Shown here one piece after another: positions 33,830 to 46,521 of a DNA stretch of 46,521 nt. Each line of letters begins with the position of its first letter. Positions within the stretch are counted from its first letter, which is position 1. Position numbers and translations under genes: made by a program. This DNA is from Folioceros fuciformis (Eukaryota), in NCBI GenBank assembly GCA_049999805.1, contig JBNGIO010006138.1:1-46521 (forward strand), given 5' to 3'. Under the pieces are notes generated by a model that made no database searches, had not been told where the DNA came from, and saw nothing but the letters and a program-made list of their open reading frames with translations.

Positions 33830-34773
33830 TCAAGGAATGGCTCTGACAGAAATGCCAGAGCCGTTGAAGGTCGCGGGGGCCACGGGCTTTACTGACTGGC
33901 CCTGTAGGAGCAAATAACCAAACCTATCTTGAAGCAAGTAAACCAGGGAGAAGAAGGCAAGCTGCACCGAGAAGAGCACATTGAAGGTGCGGATGCTTGT
34001 GCGAAAAATCAGCTCATAAACATGCATGCCGATGAAGATGTTGACGAACCCAAGGATCACCGCACCTGTGCCCAAAATCCAGTGGAGGCCATACCAGAAG
34101 GGACGGGGACCACTCCCGCTGCACATTGGATTGGACAACAGTCAACTCGTCAAATTCCTCTTTTAACACTCATCAACGTTTCGAAGTCGGGAAGGGAGAA
34201 TTTGCTGAGACTTACAAGCGGGGACGTATCAAGCCCACGAAACATTGGAGCCACATGAGAACAAGCAACGCTAAGCCCAGTCTCTGGTGCGTGAAGCGAA
34301 AATTCAAACCGAACTTGTCCAGCGCAATACCTCCACCAACAGTGCCCAAAACCACACCCAAAATCTGCAGTCGACAACACAACGAATTCCATCTCCGGAT
34401 CACCTCGGTGGCTCAAAGAGCGCAGAGCAAATCAGAACACCACAGAGCACTAAAATGGTGATGGTTTACCTGGGCGATGATATGTGCATATCGCAGTGCA
34501 TCCATCCACCCAGACAGCTTGGCTCCATCAGTCCGGAAGTGCTTGGAGAAACGGATTATAATAATGCCCAGTGGCATGAGGACGCCGAAGGAAGACCACA
34601 TCAAAAATCCATGAGCGGTAGGCCAATACTTCGCAGACTGCAGCAGCCAACGTTAACAGAACTTGTCAACCAATCTGCAGAGCACAATTCTTCTTGAAGA
34701 AGCCAGCTTCGGAGTCAGGAAGGACAAACAACCCCTCCTCGCCACGCTCATGAACATAGCGACATCTTACCAT
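33830..34773 (-). CDS. Cytochrome b561 domain-containing membrane protein
   Basis: Spliced segments carry the four heme His ligands: AHGFLMWSSFGVLMP, YAHIIAQ, THQRLG and LHWILG. The start is uncertain; ATG 34773-34771 is immediately followed by a GTAAG donor. Confidence 0.88.
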
Positions 34774-35803
34774 GACTCCTGGTGACAAAACCAGCGAGGC
34801 TGCCAAAATTTGCTGTCTCACCTACAGCGTTCCTCACAAACAGGAATCACAAGCAGGGAAAAGGGGGAGCAAAGGTGAGAAACTGTCTTGTGTGCTCCCC
34901 AGGCGAACGAAACAAAGGCGAGCTATTAAGGGAGCAGGATTCGTGAACGGGTGTCAAATTCTGGAGAAGACGAGTTCACGACCGCAAAATGTGGGTAGCA
35001 CGAGTCCAGGACGGCACTCTACTATGCACGTCACGCTCACAGACTCTTGATTACTTTCGCACGCCCGGCGCTGCTGGCTCTGCACACGACCGGTGCTGGG
35101 ACAGGCCACCACCGAGCTGCACAGAGGCGATGTGACGCAAGTACCACGAGTTACGAATGCACCTTCTACCAAGCGGCCGTCCCCTTAAACACTTTCGTCT
35201 CCCTCTCCTGCTAATATTCCAGGCCACTCGTCTGTATATAGACGCAGGTTCCTTGTGCCGTCTTTTACATACACAACTTCCCTTTACCCTCTTTACTGTC
35301 ACAGTAACCCGTGACTGGCTCTCGTGTCGTATTGTCAATATCAGTCCTCCAACCATCCTCTGCCACGATGCCAGACCCGACCTTGATTGACCACACTAAT
35401 ACAATGGCCCAAAACCCTAAACCATCCATCAGCTTACACGCATCACAGGCACAGCATAGCATAGCATAGCCGATGGCTCGGCGTGGGTCATGACTTCCCA
35501 TAGGACTAAGCCATCGAGCGACCTGTGATGACCCGTCCCTTGGCTAGACAATCGAGTTGAGCTTAGTTTGTAAGGCTCAGACACCAACGCAGAGAAAAAC
35601 AGCCGGCAGACAGAGAGATGCGCGCAGGCGGGCTCTGAAACTTCCAAAATTAGGTTACCCGTTCCCGTACCATTGGACTCCGTGCCACACGCATGTCACC
35701 AAGCCAATAACCTTCGCTTCTTGACCCAGGCAACAGACGACGCACTCCTGAAACAAGCTTCACGTCATCCAGCTTTTCTACAGCAGTTTGAGAGCAGCTC
35801 TCA

Positions 35804-36085
35804 CTAAGGGAGCTCGGGCAAGTCTCTCCCAGTCTGGTGAGCATTGAAGTCATTCGCAGCACTCAAGAACCATGCTCGGTCGATCTCGACAAAGCCAAAT
35901 CCTCCACAGGAGAAGGGAATGAGAGGGACAACTTTCGCAGACGCACGTACCGTAGGCCTGTGAGAAGCCGGCCTTCCAGAAGTAGTCGGGCTCGGACTCG
36001 GACTTGTTGTAGCTTCCGCGACAAGAGCTGTCGCCGCAATGCTCCAAAACACGATCGTCAGGTGCAGGCCGTACGCAATTCTCAT
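35804..36085 (-). CDS. Putative small secreted Ser/Pro/Thr-rich peptide
   Basis: MRIAYGLHLTIVFWSIAATALVAEA signal-peptide-like segment followed by TTSPSPSPTT. Plausible 117-nt GT-AG intron at 35950-35834. Confidence 0.4.
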   Translation of the reverse strand: MRIAYGLHLTIVFWSIAATALVAEATTSPSPSPTTSGRPASHRPTVRASAKVVPLIPFSCGGFGFVEIDRAWFLSAANDFNAHQTGRDLPELP

Positions 36086-38542
36086 CTTGCAGCTCCAAGA
36101 CATCCTTAGACTCTGCACTGTACCTCCCACCTGCAGATCAGCAATTCTCCTCCGACTTTCTTCCTCCCTGAGGCTCGCTGCCTTCCTGTCAAGCCATGCA
36201 CCAGAGCGTCACCCTGCTGTCTTCCTGCGCCGGCCCTTTCAGGTGCCTGATCGCATCCAGGTGCATTAGCATCAGTTTCGGAATTCACCTCACGACGTTC
36301 CCCGGACCGAAGCTTGTCAGAAGGAACTTTTGCTGGCGGCTAGCACTGCAGACAGTGAGAGCGCAGGACGGCCCGGTGAATGTTCACTTCAAATGCATCG
36401 AAGCTAGGGATCAAAAACTACAATATCGAGCAATGATTTGCTCAGACTCACGGCCACAAGCGAAAGCTCTGGACAGATGGGAGGGAGACATTGATGAGCT
36501 ATCTCGATACTTATTTTCCCAGCTCGACGAGTTTTCAGAGGACCTCGGGCCGAGGTGATTCGGTGAACCGGGCAGCGCGTTCTGTTAATGCTCTGACGAT
36601 TCCTGAACCGGTAACCGCCGTGCGGTGGGCCAGGTCACCTTGTCGGTCACCACGCCGTACTCGTACTCGTAAGAGCGTGCCATGGGCTCTCACACACGGC
36701 GAATACCGCGCGGTATATACCAGGACATATCGAACCTCACAAGACACGCCCAGCTCAAGCCTGAGCCCGCCCAAGGACGAGAAGCAGGCGGAAGGTTTCC
36801 GCGCGGCTCCGCATGTCCCTGCATGGCATGGTCACATACTCTCTCTCCGCTCACTTTTCTCGAAGTGCATAGGCATCCTCACACACCAACAGGCCTTCGT
36901 CGGTAGCCTGTAACCTAAACGCCCCGTCCGGCCCCGCCCCGTCCCGTTACGAGACGAGACGAGGAAGGAGAGGTTGATGAGGTGGTTGCTTGATTTCACC
37001 ACACGCCGTCCTAACACCGAGGAACTTATACCAGCATTGAAATTCGCACCTAAACCTTGGCCGACAGATGGCCCTATTAGGCGCAAGGCAATTTGCACTC
37101 CGATTGCTCACCTACTCCAGGGGTACGAAACCAAGTCTAAAAAAAGTAGAAGAGAATATGAAACACGATCGGGATCCGGTCTGAAGTAGAGCGTGTGTGA
37201 TCCTTGTGACTGCAGAAACCTTCCTTCACAATGTGAAGCAAGTTAGCAAGACAACACAACTTGGACTCATCTCTAACTTATCTAGATGGGTCTACCCCAA
37301 ACATAAGCAATTCAACTTAAGTCTCTTGAATCTTGGGTTAGGAAACATTGGGCTCTAGTGCTACAATTTGGATCAAAGCATTAATGCTTACAATTAGACA
37401 GAGGCTGTTAGTCTTAAAAACCATAAACATGCATTCAAACTTTCGAGATTTTGCTTTGGGGTAGCCTACCCTTTGGCTTTAAATCTCTCTCTCTATGTAT
37501 GTAGGTAGATGTGTGGTTGCTATTGACAACTCTTAATCACATCTGGTACGTTATCTTTATAATGTCAACGGGGAGCATATTCCCATGCATAACACCATCC
37601 ATGTCGTTGTGTAGGGTTTAGGGTCGGTCATGAATGAAGACTACATTTACAGCCTTCTCCTTCAAAGCCAAGGCATACTATCAGAGTTGCACATGAAGTT
37701 CGGGATACCACATTCAATGTTTATAGGTCAAGTGGTGGTGGTAATTTTAGTGTACACCTTTAACATGGTACACACCCAAGCAGTATTTTGGAGAGCTAAG
37801 ATGATGTCATTCCAAAGCTAACTAATATTCATATTTTGCACATCCCACATAAATGTGTATATACCCTCGACCCTCAATATATGAGAATAATGAGTTATTG
37901 CATATAAACGGAGTGTAATGTAAGCTATCTAAAAAATGCAAAACAAGCTTTGTGTAGTAAGCATGTTAGACGCATACCTTGTTTACTCTCTTATTCTTAA
38001 GTTTTGCATGCATTAGAGTAAAGTTGTTCATTGTATCTCGCCATGTAAGGATGTTGTTGGGTGTTTGCACCTATATATTATGTAGAGGTAACCTTGCGTT
38101 TAGGTCTTGAACTTGTGTAAAGGTAGCTTTTAGAGAGTTTTAGCCCCCAAATATGGACCCGCGTTTCACACACTATAATGCATAAGGTTAGTCATGAAAC
38201 TTGATCCTCAAAAGTAATAGATGATACATGTAGAAACTTTTTTTAGTGACAAACATGAGCTCAAATTTGAGGAAGCCAATTTTATTACCTCACTTTTCAA
38301 ATAATTGTTGCTATTGTGCCATTGTACATCACCATATTCTTTCTATAGTACTAATTCAATTGAGAGCATCATTCATGATGTATTCGCTGCCTTGTCTACT
38401 TGGCTAGACCAGCTCATAAAATCACTATCCATANNNNNNNNNNCTGCCTTGTCTACTTGGCTAGACCAGCTCATAAAATCACTATCCATATTATAGATGC
38501 AGAAACCTCGTGTGTGCTGAAGAAATGGATTTTATATTTTAA

Positions 38543-38567
38543 AATAATAATAATAATAATAATAATA
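38543..38567. repeat. (AAT)n microsatellite in an AT-rich intergenic block
   Basis: About eight consecutive aat units. Confidence 0.85.
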
Positions 38568-39288
38568 TATTATAAATCCATAAAACCATACAAACTTGTA
38601 AGTCTTCATTTTCTACATCAATAGCTTCCAAAATACATGACTTAAAGATGAAATATAAACCCATTTTTAAAGAAACTAATTTTATATTTCTTACAAAAGA
38701 AAGTTAAGGACTACAAATCTATGAAATCAATTCAAATTGAGAGAAACCGGTAGGTCTTGTTTGGTATCATTGGAGATTGACTGAATCTTTGGTACAATTG
38801 AAAATAAATGAATAAATTATACGTTGAGGAATAAAACTCTTTTTGGACCCATGCAAAAAGATCGTTCTACGTTTTAAGTTATTTGGTTCCTTCAGGGCAA
38901 AGATTCAATTCAGTCCTACGCTCCGTATAGGAATACGGAGAAGATAACTATGGACGATTCAATGGGCTATCATCCGAGAAACGCTGTGCTTGCCTAAGAA
39001 CGTGTTGGAAGGCAGGAGATCACACCCTTGTGGCCCCCATCAACCTCAGTTCCTTAATCCAAAAACGCTTTTAAGAAACCCGCTATCGGCATTTGCCGTC
39101 CTGCAGAGACCATGTTGTGTAATAAGAGGAGGAGAATGGGGACGAGTGTTCCGAGTCGCTTGACTTTTATCCTAAAGACTTAGGACAACTTCTGTACTTC
39201 TCGCATCAGCCCTATTAGTGCCTAACGTGCAGTGCAGTACCCACTATATCTGTGGACACTAACCAGTGTACGGACAGATAAGGATGAT

Positions 39289-40827
39289 TCAATCCAATAG
39301 TACTCCATGTGTAGCCAAGTCCTGCTCCAGCTTTGCTGCGGACTCGAACAAGATGCCCATCATGCCAGCCTCTGCTGCGGCTGCTACGTTCACATGCCTG
39401 CCACAAAGGATTGATGAGAAAGATGGTAATGCCTTGCTAAAAACATAGAAGTGAAGGGATGCACATGTCCCAACAAACATACCTGTCATCAACAAATATG
39501 CAAGAACCCGGAAGAACATCAAGTACTTGTACTGCTCTTGCATAAGCTTGTTGGTCAGGCTTTCTCAGACCTGTATACAAGTCCAATTCAGAGTATGTGC
39601 ACAACACAAAGAGATATAGGCAGTACGTGTAGACATACACTACGACAGGACCACCATAAGCTTGGGTGACAGCACATTCCACAACACGTTTTCAGGCATG
39701 ACGGACTGGAGCTTGTTGTCGAAGAGATCAAAGGTTCAGCCTACAAAGCCAAACGACGGTGTGGCATTCGGAGATGTGCCACTGAAAAGTCCATGATCTC
39801 TCGCACTATTTGCGTCGACATAGAACACTAACCCATTTCACAAGAAACGAAAGTCCATGCCAGGTAATCGGATAGCCTCAGCTTCTCCTCGATCATCCTG
39901 TACCTGTTTAAAGCAAAGGTTATCTTTCACATCAGCAGCCTTGCTCAGTAAGTTTAGACACCAGCGAATCATGCTTTTCATCACTCTCGTCATGACCTGT
40001 ACCAGAAATGGCACACCTCGCCTACCAGCATGGGTAGTTGGTGAATGCGTGCATTTCATATCCTGCCCCTTTCAGCCGTCGTAACAGAGACTCCACGCCA
40101 TCCAGATACCCATATTTTCCGGCCATGCAGTCCTTCAAACCTAGGGTTGCGCAAGCCATCGGAAAGGTGATTCAAGACCTACCCTGAACATTGGAACACG
40201 AACTCGCTTCCTCCTTTCAAAACTTTAAGAGTCCAAGACATACCGCTGTAATTAAACTCTCGTCCATCTTCGAAGAAGGTCGCGACCAATTGCTCCTGCC
40301 ACATGCCACCTTGCAGTGTAACTCGCCGAGCGGGACCAGCTACAACAGGCCGCTGGACAAGGCACCACAGACCTCAGTGAGCAGACCCTTCTCAAACTCG
40401 ATCCAAGCGGTGGGATGTTTCGCGCTCAGCAACTCCTTCATGGACATCCTGAAGTACAGCAGGTGTAACTGGATTGCCTTTGAGCTCGAAATGTCCTGAA
40501 ATTGGCGCACTTCGGGACAGCTCAGGGAATAGCAACGGTGAGAGACCCGAAGAAACCTGCCATGTCGGTGTAGAAGGGATCAGACACAAGGGTGCCCATT
40601 ACATCAAACAGCAGCACCGGGAACCGCCTGCCCTCATCACTGCATGCTCTCTGCGTGCGATCCTGTAGGATCAACTGCTCCTGAATTGCCTCCATGTTGC
40701 ACCGTAATTGCACGCCGTGGCGTGCCACTCGTCCCGAATGGAGCCTGAAGCTGCTGCGTAAGCTCGCAAAAAAGATCCCGCCATTGAGCAAGCGACAGGG
40801 AGAGGATCGGAGCAGATGGGCAACCAT
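39289..40827 (-). CDS. FHY1: HAD-superfamily hydrolase, chloroplastic FMN hydrolase 1-like (multi-exon)
   Basis: Transit peptide, then motif I VLLFDVMGTLVSDPFY, a KHPTAWIEFEKG segment, motif III/IV GLRKPD...CIFVDDR, NVAAAAEAGMMGILF and stop at 39291-39289. Confidence 0.88.
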
Positions 40828-41307
40828 CGCTCCAAAATGTAAAACCTGGGGCCCAACCTCCAACATGGAAAACGTGAGCCGAACCCGATCGGATTTCTCG
40901 AAGCGGAAAACCTCAGGTCCCACTCGGTTGCTTCTCGCGCATGTAAAGACCTATATTACACAGCGCCGGCGCCTTCTTCCTCGACATTCCTTCCTGTTCA
41001 TTTTGATCGTTGTTCTTTACAGGGTACAATGAAAGGAGAGATCCAAATTGTGCAGGAGAATTGAATTTATTACATATGCTTCCGGTAAGATAACGGGTAG
41101 GTCGGATACGTGATCTGCTAGACAAGTCGAACCGGGACTCCTTAGAGTCCAGAGGTACGTAAGTTCCCGAAGTCCAGGAACTCACGCGGCTTCCCGTAAC
41201 ACCTCGCCGGCCCAGTGCCATAAACCACAGATTGTTTAGTCTGTCCGACCAGCCTGGTTAGCGGATACATAACCTGAAACTAACCAATGATTTGAGAACT
41301 CTCTCCT

Positions 41308-42786
41308 CTACGATGGCTTGGCAGGTTTCTGTCGGAAGTATGCGCTAAGCCAACGAGAAAGGTTGGACAGGAACGGCGTGTAGAAGAAATAGCAACACAG
41401 AACCCACGTAACCGCGCCCTGGAAAGCCAATGCGCGTGCCTCGCAGTCAGGAATCGGAGGCATGGAAGTAGAAGGAATCAGGGAATCAAATTTGGGGGAA
41501 TGAAGGAAGGATTACCATGCCAAAAATCTCGTAATTCGGCTTTGGGTAATGCCAGAGCCCGAAGTACCTGAGGAAAAAGCCAATGAGAGGGACGGGGTTA
41601 GATGCTGCCAAAGGTGTGTGAGATGACTGAATGTGAATGTGAGGGTGGTTGAAGCAGGATTTACTTTTCCACCGGTACTTCAGCGAGAGGAGCGCTGATT
41701 CCAACAAAGCAAGCAAGAGCAAAGCCCCACCAGGTGCCCTCGAACAAGACCCAGTTCGCCTCAGCTGCGATGAACAAGATGTAGGCTTCTATGTTGTATG
41801 GCACGCCTGCTTTGTACAGTTCAGCACTGAGCTCAAGCAAAGCTGCAAGAGTCCTGTACAGTCATGCATCTCAAATGTTCATGGCGTCAGTCAGTACGAA
41901 GAGAAAGAAGAACCTGTGGTGCTAACACCAAGGCAGCACAGGTGTGGAGTCTCACAGAAAGGATCCAGCCACCCTTTTGAGATCAGCTCGAGGAGCCTGG
42001 CCCTTGCGAGCGAACTGCCTATCCAGCAGGAGTTGTAGCAGGCCCACCACACAGTAGTACACTCCCAGGAGAGGTGGAACCTAAGGACACTCCCACTCCG
42101 GCCGTGAGCTCGTGCAGGACATGGAGGCCACTACAAAAGCAGACGCAACAGTGGATGACGATGGTTTCAACTCTCCCCGCATCTCTCACTCACCCACACG
42201 TTTGTTTTCAGTCCCAATATGTTAATCGCGCCGTTGTCATACTCTTGTAACCCTACGCGAGAGTGGATCCCATCCAGCAGAGGGCCCAGCAGGAAGCCAA
42301 TGACGAAAAGGCTAATCGCTACCTTGGGCCAGTCTTGCAAGGCATCTACAGGCGTCCCCGGAGAGCAATGCACAGAGGCTTTATCAGCCCAATCACGCCG
42401 GAACAGCACGAGTGTTCATGGACGCAGGGGGTATGACATATGAACAAATCCAACATCTCACCTGGTTCTCCAGATTGCAGTTGAAGAGGACTGGATGATC
42501 CTGCATCTCCACTTCTGTTCCGACACACCACTGTGCTGCCGGTCAACACCTTGCCCTTGCGTCCTCCCACCCATCCCCAAGGCCTGCCACTAAACAGGTT
42601 ACCAGCAGGAGCAGGAGCAGCAGGGCCTCTGCCCTCACACTTTGCAGACAATGCACGCAATTGTGCCGTACACTGGCGTGGCAGTGCAGGACGGTGCCTG
42701 AGCCCAAGCCCGTCCAGAGGCCCGGATGTCGACCCGGCGGGTGCCACGCGCGGGGCCTGCAACACTGTGCACATCAGCCCGCGCAT
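41308..42786 (-). CDS. Plastid-targeted multi-pass membrane protein (At4g01935 / INSIG-like family), multi-exon
   Basis: [31 protein letters not shown]...LKTNVWV, then [30 protein letters not shown], and a last exon [22 protein letters not shown] with stop at 41310-41308. The family name is recalled from memory. Confidence 0.75.
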
Positions 42787-43039
42787 GGTGCACCAAGCTC
42801 GCCCTGCCCTCAGGACATGGATCTGTAGCTGCCTGAGGACGAGGACAATGTGACTGCAGATAAGATGGATCTTCGCCTCCTATGTATTTCGAATATATTA
42901 CATACATCCATTCCTCGTTCCTGGATTAGGGCACACCAGCTGCTGCACCGCGGACTCCGAGGAGACAATGTGCAACCGCAGCAGCACAACGGAAACACCA
43001 TAGCCAGCGGGCCTCAAAGCTCTCATCTCCCTTGAATGG

Positions 43040-44900
43040 ATGACCGCGCGCGCATGGCTCTGGGCTGTGCTCCCTCACGCTCTGTTGGTGGCGCTCATCA
43101 TCGCAGTCGCCCGGCTTGATTCGGATCGCTGGCCAGGCCGACGCGCACCGATGAAGCTGCTGTTGCTCACGTTGGAGTACAAGGCGTCCACGTTCAGCGG
43201 GAATGGAGTGTACTCGCAGTCGATAGCGGAGTCTCTGGTGCGGGCGGGGAACGATGTGCTCGTCATCTCAGCCAGGCCTCAGCAGGCGCCGGTGAAGGGG
43301 CCCGTGGCAGCGGATGCGGCAGATAGGAGAAGCAAATCGGTGGCTGCTGCTGCATTCCGGCGGGGAGAGGGGAAACTGGTGGAGATGGAGGTTGAGGTGG
43401 ATAGGCGGAACTGGGGCAGGCTGGACTGGAGATGCCCTTGGGAGGGATTCGCAGCAGGCGTATCCTTGGATTTGGCGCAGAAGGTGATAGAGTTCGATCC
43501 CGGATGGGCGTTGGTGGTGGATTGGTCGGCTGTGCCGGCCTTCTCCAAGCTGGTAGCTCTGGGGACCAGGAGCATCCCGATGGCGTTTCTCAACTTCAGG
43601 ATCTACTACTTGTCGCAGTATGGAGGAGACGACGGGCAGCTAGAGAAGAATTTCTACAAGTTCATGGAGTCCCGGGCGGTGTCCATGGCATCTGCGATTG
43701 CGGCCCTGAGCGCTGGGGACGCGCAGGTGCTGGCCACGGATTTGGCCAACTCCATTGCCCCGGGCGTGGTTCCAAAGCCGCTGTGGCCGGCTCTGAGGAA
43801 GGACGTGCGGAGCATAGCTGTACCTCCGCCGGGTCCTGGATACATGGTGAGGAAGACGGAAAGGAATGGAGCGGAAAGTTATGATGCCTGGGCCAAGGAC
43901 CGCAAATTTCTCACCTGCTGCGTCCGGCTGTCTCCGGAGAAAAATGCGCTCATGTTCGCTTTGCTTGTCGAGAAGTTGGCAGGGTTCTTGGCGGAGCATA
44001 AGATCACACCGGCGATCTGCGGGGGTGCTAAGGAGGATGCGTATGCTAAAACAGTGAAAGATAGGGTGAAAAAGGCGTGCCCTGTGGCTGTCGTTTATGA
44101 GACCTTCATGGGGGCTGCGGAGATGGCAGACTTGTACGCGCGGACTTTGTTGAATGTTCATCCTTGCATCTACGATGCCTATGGGATGACCATTGTGGAG
44201 GCGGGAGCGTTTGGCACTCCTTCCATCGTGCACGTGGGGAAGGGAGGGATTGTTGGTGCAGCTGAGCTTCTGGATCCAAAGACAGGGCTTGCCTTTGGCG
44301 TGGACATGAACGCCTCGGCCGCGAAGATTGCTGAGGAAATCAAGATGGTTTTGAGGGACGGGCAGAGGGTTGCCAGAGTCGGGAGAGCCGCTGCAACCAA
44401 AAGCTTGTCTTGGGACGAGGACGCGAATGCCAAGCAACTGCTGGACATTTTACAAGCTGGGCAGGCCTATTTGCGGCAGCAAGGTAACGTCCTTCCCAAG
44501 TTGCAAGACGATATGTGGGGTCCCCCCTCACTGCCTCCGGATGAAGTCTGAATGAGTGTCGGCGTAGCGTGTTCTCCCCGTGTTTGTTACTACACCCTTA
44601 AATAATGCAGAAGCGCAAGAAGAGGATGAGGAACGGGCGGAGGTGGAACTACAAGAACCAGACGACGCCATGTCTATCTCAATGGACGATTGTTTACAAA
44701 TCTGTGAGCTAAGTGAGCAGGATGCGGAAACGCTTAGGCGGTCGATGCAAACTCTTCCTGAAAAGTACAAACTAAGTAAAGAGGAGCTAGATGAGGAACT
44801 GGATGGGCAAGATGACATCCAAGAGCCAAAAGAAGAAGCCCAGGAACCAGCAGCAACAACCGAGGCAACCACTGAAATGCTCAAACATCACAAAATTTGA
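43040..44900 (+). CDS. GT4 (GT-B fold) glycosyltransferase with N-terminal signal anchor and probable spliced acidic C-terminal exon
   Basis: TLEY...SGNGVY, VRLSPEKN and DAYGMTIVEAG (D/E-x7-E). The unspliced ORF ends at 44551. A GT-AG intron 44484-44610 joins in frame to the acidic ORF ending at 44900 (577 aa). Confidence 0.85.
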
Positions 44901-44961
44901 ATGCAAACCATTGACGAATCCCCTCCGACAAACTCCGTCCATTGCTCAGGAAGTTTGCCAT

Positions 44962-46131
44962 TCACTGTTCATCAGTGCAAATTTCAAAACGTGCACGCCC
45001 TCTGCCGGAATCCTGGAACGCCTTCTCCAGCCCCTGGAGGGCGTCCACTTCCACCAACAGCTGGAGAGACACACCCTCATTGCTGGCATCGTCATACTCC
45101 TCACCTACCTTCTGGACCCCATGAGAGTGCAGCTGCAGATACAGCACAAGGACATCCTCCATTAGTACCACACATCAAAGACATGAGGCGCTTGCTTTAT
45201 CGACAGGCATGACTCCTGCCGGAGTAGGGATACCAGTGAGTAGATGACGCCCAGCAAGTCATAAGGTGCCCGCACCGTTACGGCAATCTGCACACCAGAT
45301 CAAGTGACATCCATGAGGGCAGGTGACAAAAATATGCAGCATCCAAGCTTAGCACAGTAGTCGGTAGATCAGTTTGTTACTTTGGCCTTGTGCTGGATAG
45401 TTTCTGCTCCCTTGAGGCAATCCGCTGTCACTCCACCGTAAGCTCTGACCAGCCCGCCTGTTCCAAGCTTGATTCCACCGAAGTACCTGATAACCAGCAC
45501 CACGACTCTGTCCAGGCCAGAAGCCACAATCGCCGAATGCATGGGCCTTCCAGCGGTACCTCCAGGCTCACCATCATCACTGAAGCGAACCCGGTCTCCA
45601 ATCTGTCGCACAAGCGGGGCAAAGAGCAGGCACCTGCGGAACATTAGCCCTCTCTGCTCCACATGAAGCAAGCACCAAGCAGCCGACCTTGAAAGCCCAG
45701 CAATTGTGGGTGGCACCGGGGTCTCGCATCTGCACCGCCCACTCACGTCAGCGTCCCTGCAACAAGAAAATCATGCGCATCCCACTTTAGTACAACCATG
45801 ACCAGACCCATCACCCAGTTACCTGAGCCAGAAAAGCCAAAGCTTCTTCCTCGGAATCGGCAGGAGCAGCAAGGGCCACAAACTTGCTGTGCTTCACCTC
45901 CATCTCCTGTCTCACCTGCCCCGCCAGAGTTACATAGTTCCTTCCCCCGGGAGACTGGGACGCAGACCTGGGCCCCGGCAACTGGCAGCGCACAGGAGGA
46001 AGTGTGTGGAATGGCCGTACGGCCAAGAAGGTGGTGCTGGTGGCTGGAGGCCAGCCAGGGAGTCCTTGGAACCAGCCTCCACGACCATGAGCGTGAACCA
46101 CCCTCCTCAGAGCAGCCAAGGAAGAGCACAT
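44962..46131 (-). CDS. IMPACT/YigZ (UPF0029) family protein, organelle-targeted, multi-exon
   Basis: EVKHSKFVALA and FSDDGEPGGTAGRPMH...VIRYFGGIKLGTGGLVRAYGG, with the C-terminal exon ending at 44962. Confidence 0.92.
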
Positions 46132-46287
46132 CGTCGTTCCAGCTCCATGGCAATGTCCAGACTCGAGGATCGCATCTAACGTCCATCACCCCCCCGGTTA
46201 AAGTGAAATTAGTCAGCAGGTTACGTAATTCGTTTCGTATCACGGGAGTCGAATCAGTCGTTGGGGCAGTTCTGAAGGAAAACAAAC

Positions 46288-46521
46288 TCAGCTCTCTGTA
46301 CTGCTCTTATCCGCTTTCACTTGCCCATCAGCGATGGCTGCCGCCGCTGCTGCAGCAGCTACAGCATCCGGGCAGACGGTCTGGCTACCTAGCGGATTAT
46401 GTAGGCCTCGGTCGCACCTGCCAGCCCGATCTTCAACCTTCAATGGCCTGCGCGCCGCGCCCTGCCTGGGCCAACGGCAGCCGCAGCAGCGGGTGGCACC
46501 AGCTGCTTCCAGGCGGAGCAT
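46288..46521 (-). CDS. Possible 3' end of a gene extending beyond the window
   Basis: GC-rich open frame running to the window edge with a poly-Ala tract; no recognisable domain. Confidence 0.3.
   Translation of the reverse strand: MLRLEAAGATRCCGCRWPRQGAARRPLKVEDRAGRCDRGLHNPLGSQTVCPDAVAAAAAAAAIADGQVKADKSSTES

Noticed and set aside
38387-38490. 47-bp direct repeat flanking the 10-N gap
   Set aside because: Identical sequence on both sides of a gap is the typical signature of unmerged contig overlap, so it is likely an assembly artefact. The same caution applies to the duplicated unit around 9522-9531.

Overview
Gene-dense nuclear DNA of a plant with short GT-AG introns (mostly about 80-270 nt). 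The PLS-PPR gene, WCRKC thioredoxin and plastid FMN hydrolase, together with the compact gene structure, point to a seed-free land plant such as a hornwort or lycophyte (inference). From about 20 kb onward the window is mostly housekeeping genes: AP-4 epsilon, WCRKC thioredoxin, DDX51/RH1 helicase, cytochrome b561, FHY1-like HAD, an At4g01935-like membrane protein, a GT4 glycosyltransferase and IMPACT/YigZ. These are interrupted by an AT-rich, intronless Crinkler-like nuclease-fold plus (pseudo)kinase gene. The first 20 kb is a rearranged accessory region. It holds an intact 8-exon CYP85-clan P450 and a 5'-truncated dead paralog, a 5'-truncated RING-HC gene, and a ~1 kb inverted duplication whose ends coincide with both truncations. 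It also holds minisatellites, a LINE endonuclease relic, a multiply frameshifted PLS-E-DYW PPR pseudogene, and an intronless ~1100-aa vWA/Cys-motif gene. That gene has a decayed second copy at 2.6-3.4 kb and is bracketed by short telomere-motif inverted ends. The vWA unit and the nuclease-kinase gene are the best candidates for foreign or mobile, undescribed systems. All assignments come from reading motifs by eye; no searches were run.
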